Virus record (IMG/VR): IMGVR_UViG_3300027653_000041
Location: 1 to 30,066 of that record
Length of the DNA stretch: 30,066 bases
DNA from: a virus
Taxonomy: Duplodnaviria; Caudoviricetes
Direction: 5' to 3' (one strand)
Shown: positions 28,078-30,066 of the stretch, piece by piece
Layout: each line of letters opens with the position of its first letter
Position numbering within the stretch: the stretch's first letter is position 1
Made by a program: the position numbers and the translations under genes
Notes under the pieces: model-generated
The model's input: only the letters and a program-made list of their open reading frames with translations
Databases searched by the model: none
Told to the model about the DNA's origin: nothing

Positions 28078-28505
28078 TCTGATTCCTCCCCGAATAAATC
28101 TAATTGTTCAGTTGAATGCGATAAATTAAAGTTTTCTTCCTTCAACGACCCAACAGCCATTGTCATCAATTCTGATAATTCTACAACCCTCTGCATCTCT
28201 TCTTCTGCGTCTAATCCTTCTAATTGTTTACTGATTTTCTTTTTAATATTCTCGATTGCTTCACGATAGCGTTTGTTTTGTTGTTCCGATTCCATAAATA
28301 ATTTTTCTAAGGAATGAAATGCTGAACCGTCTGCTTCAGCAACTTCCTCTAACTCCTGAACTCGTTTAACTTGTTCAAAGCCGTTTTGTATTAAAAATAC
28401 TAAGTCTTTAACATCTACTTCTGTATACTCAATGCCACCCCTCTCGCTAGTTATAGTCAGTGTCGAGTGTTTTGCTTCTATCTCTTCCAACCGTTCTTTA
28501 CTCAT
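28074..28505 (-). CDS. Modular paralogue family member
   Basis: MSKERLEEI...QVKRVQELE...QQNKRYREAI...EESE. Confidence 0.8.
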   Translation of the reverse strand: MSKERLEEIEAKHSTLTITSERGGIEYTEVDVKDLVFLIQNGFEQVKRVQELEEVAEADGSAFHSLEKLFMESEQQNKRYREAIENIKKKISKQLEGLDAEEEMQRVVELSELMTMAVGSLKEENFNLSHSTEQLDLFGEESE

Positions 28506-28795
28506 TCCTCACCCTCCAATGCTTTACGTGCCTTGTTTCCACCATCTAAACTTATTTCTGTGTTCCCTTGTTGGTTGTACCTTGTCCATACTTTTTCATC
28601 CCCATAAAACTCCAATGCTTCACGATAGCGTTCGTTCTGATTCTCTAACTCCTGCACTCGTTCAGCTTGTTCGACAAGCCATGTGCCATGATTTAATAAC
28701 ATTTCCGCAGCAACCTCTTCAAACTCCCTAACACTTTTTGTAGTTTTAAATTTCTCCATATTTTCTTTTATCTCTTCTAACCGCTCTTTACTCAT
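28502..28795 (-). CDS. Modular paralogue family member
   Basis: MSKERLEEI...WLVEQAERVQELENQNERYREAL...LEGEE. Confidence 0.8.
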   Translation of the reverse strand: MSKERLEEIKENMEKFKTTKSVREFEEVAAEMLLNHGTWLVEQAERVQELENQNERYREALEFYGDEKVWTRYNQQGNTEISLDGGNKARKALEGEE

Positions 28796-28803
28796 TTCTT
28801 TTT

Positions 28804-29001
28804 TTATATTCTCCTCTCAAAATCTTTCATGGTTTGTCTTATCATTATTCCGATACGCTCCATCCTCGCTTTGGATACGCGTTGCCCGCTGTATTCCCAA
28901 GGATAGAGTTCAGGGTTGTTTTCTTCCCATTCCCTGAATTTTTCTTCCAATTCCATCAATCTTTGATATTCCGCCATTAATAGTTTTAATAATTCTTTCA
29001 T
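28804..29001 (-). CDS. Small hypothetical protein inside the array (non-family)
   Basis: 65 aa, coupled by ATGA with a GGAGG RBS; lacks the family motifs. Confidence 0.7.
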   Translation of the reverse strand: MKELLKLLMAEYQRLMELEEKFREWEENNPELYPWEYSGQRVSKARMERIGIMIRQTMKDFERRI

Positions 29002-29165
29002 TCCTCAACCTCCAATACTCGTTCTAGTGTTTTTCCATACTTTTGTCTGTCCACCATACCCATTGCTTGTAGCGTTTCTTCAATCGCTTCTCGATAGCGT
29101 CGGTTTTGTATAGTACATGATTCTAATTTCCTTTCAAGTGTCTCTAAATACAAATCGTCATTCAT
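28998..29165 (-). CDS. Short paralogue family member (55 aa), not in the ORF track
   Basis: MNDDLYLETLERKLESCTIQNRRYREAIEETLQAMGMVDRQKYGKTLERVLEVEE*; ATGA overlaps at both ends. Confidence 0.75.
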   Translation of the reverse strand: MNDDLYLETLERKLESCTIQNRRYREAIEETLQAMGMVDRQKYGKTLERVLEVEE

Positions 29166-29319
29166 TCTGATTCCTTCAATTCTTTTTCTAAAATTCTTAA
29201 TGATTCATTTACTGCTACTTCTAATCTGGTTTCAAAAAAAGAAATTTCGTCTATCGCGTCTCTGATTATTTTGCGAAAGTATTTATTCTGTTGTTCAAGT
29301 TCTTCTACTAGTTCAGCTT
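29161..29319. repeat. ~158-bp direct repeat, copy 2
   Basis: Near-identical to 27804-27962. Confidence 0.9.
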
Positions 29320-29476
29320 TTTCCACCAAAAAATTAAAGTCATCCTCTGTCATCGTATACGTATTTACCCATCCGTTTTCTCTAGTTCTAATATTCTGGA
29401 ACTGAACCTTATCTTTAAGTGCTTTATCCCTAATTTCTTCAATTCGTCTTTTTGATTGTTCAGTTTTGTAACTCAT
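29162..29476 (-). CDS. Modular paralogue family member
   Basis: RRIEEI...KAELVEELEQQNKYFRK...KESE; C-terminal half nearly identical to 27805..28077. Confidence 0.8.
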   Translation of the reverse strand: MSYKTEQSKRRIEEIRDKALKDKVQFQNIRTRENGWVNTYTMTEDDFNFLVEKAELVEELEQQNKYFRKIIRDAIDEISFFETRLEVAVNESLRILEKELKESE

Positions 29477-29745
29477 TCTGATTCCTCCATTTCTATTATT
29501 TCAGTGCAAATCATTCCGCAATCTACATCAGGGTCATAAACCATTCGTTTCATCTTTTTTATTAGTTCCCGATAACGTTTGTTTTGTTGTTCAAGTTCTT
29601 CTACTCGTTCAGCTTGTTCATTTACTGTATAAATTAAATGGTGTAGATCAGCGCGAATTTGCTGCGGCTCTGGACTAGCTGTATTTATTTCATATCCCGT
29701 CTTATAAAATCTATCCTCTATCTCTTCTAACCGTTCTTTGTTCAT
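29473..29745 (-). CDS. Modular paralogue family member
   Basis: MNKERLEEI...QAERVEELEQQNKRYRE...EESE. Confidence 0.8.
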   Translation of the reverse strand: MNKERLEEIEDRFYKTGYEINTASPEPQQIRADLHHLIYTVNEQAERVEELEQQNKRYRELIKKMKRMVYDPDVDCGMICTEIIEMEESE

Positions 29746-30066
29746 TCTGAATCACGCTCCAATACTTCGTTTATCACATATTTAATATCTTCTAATGCAT
29801 TTTCCAAACTTGAGTAATGAGTTGACTTTGCTGTCATCACGTACTCAATTACTTCACGATAGCGTTTATTTTGTTGTTGCTCTCTCACTAACTCCTCTAT
29901 AAACATGCTTTTGTCACTTGATAGTATCCGATTGAACTCTTCCAACTCTTGTGCTCGTTCAGCTTGTTTAATGAGCCAATCTAATTCAGTTGGATTTACC
30001 GATAGTACAGACGTTCTGCCATTTAATCTTTTTGCTTGGTATTTCTCTTTTATTACTTCCAACTTT
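29742..30066 (-). CDS. Modular paralogue family member, 5' end probably outside the window
   Basis: ...KLEVIKEK...WLIKQAERAQELE...QQNKRYREVI...DSE; the frame is open to the window edge. Confidence 0.75.
   Translation of the reverse strand, partial: KLEVIKEKYQAKRLNGRTSVLSVNPTELDWLIKQAERAQELEEFNRILSSDKSMFIEELVREQQQNKRYREVIEYVMTAKSTHYSSLENALEDIKYVINEVLERDSE

Noticed and set aside
424-28731. All plus-strand ORFs in the track
   Set aside because: They are antisense shadows of long minus-strand genes, are Ser/Leu/Phe-rich and show no recognisable motifs.
27805-30066. CRISPR array or DGR interpretation of the repeats
   Set aside because: The repeats are coding and irregularly spaced, mismatches are not adenine-specific, and no cas or reverse transcriptase gene is present in the window.

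Overview
About 30 kb of an AT-rich tailed dsDNA phage or prophage with a siphovirus-type layout, probably from a Bacillaceae host (inferred from strong Firmicutes-type RBSs and AbrB/RsfA homologues). Essentially all genes are on the minus strand. Reading from the right end: (i) a tandem array of translationally coupled, modular paralogous small ORFs with shared repeats, followed by decayed genes including a dUTPase remnant; (ii) a regulatory block with AbrB-like, Zn-finger, beta-clamp-like, sigma-70-like and RsfA-like genes; (iii) a small P-loop protein and a metallophosphoesterase; (iv) a ~400 bp non-coding gap containing seven hairpins, six of them nearly back-to-back; (v) terminase, portal, protease/scaffold, capsid and head-tail genes, tail tube, a tail chaperone with a -1 frameshift, a tape measure with M23 and LysM domains, a Dit-like gene and a >1660 aa tail-tip protein that runs off the left edge and is absent from the ORF track. 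The most unusual items are the modular paralogue array (27.8-30 kb), the candidate structured RNA upstream of terminase (22.16-22.39 kb), a recurring bipartite late-promoter-like motif, and the cluster of sporulation-regulator homologues. All assignments come from motif recognition by eye; no database searches were run.
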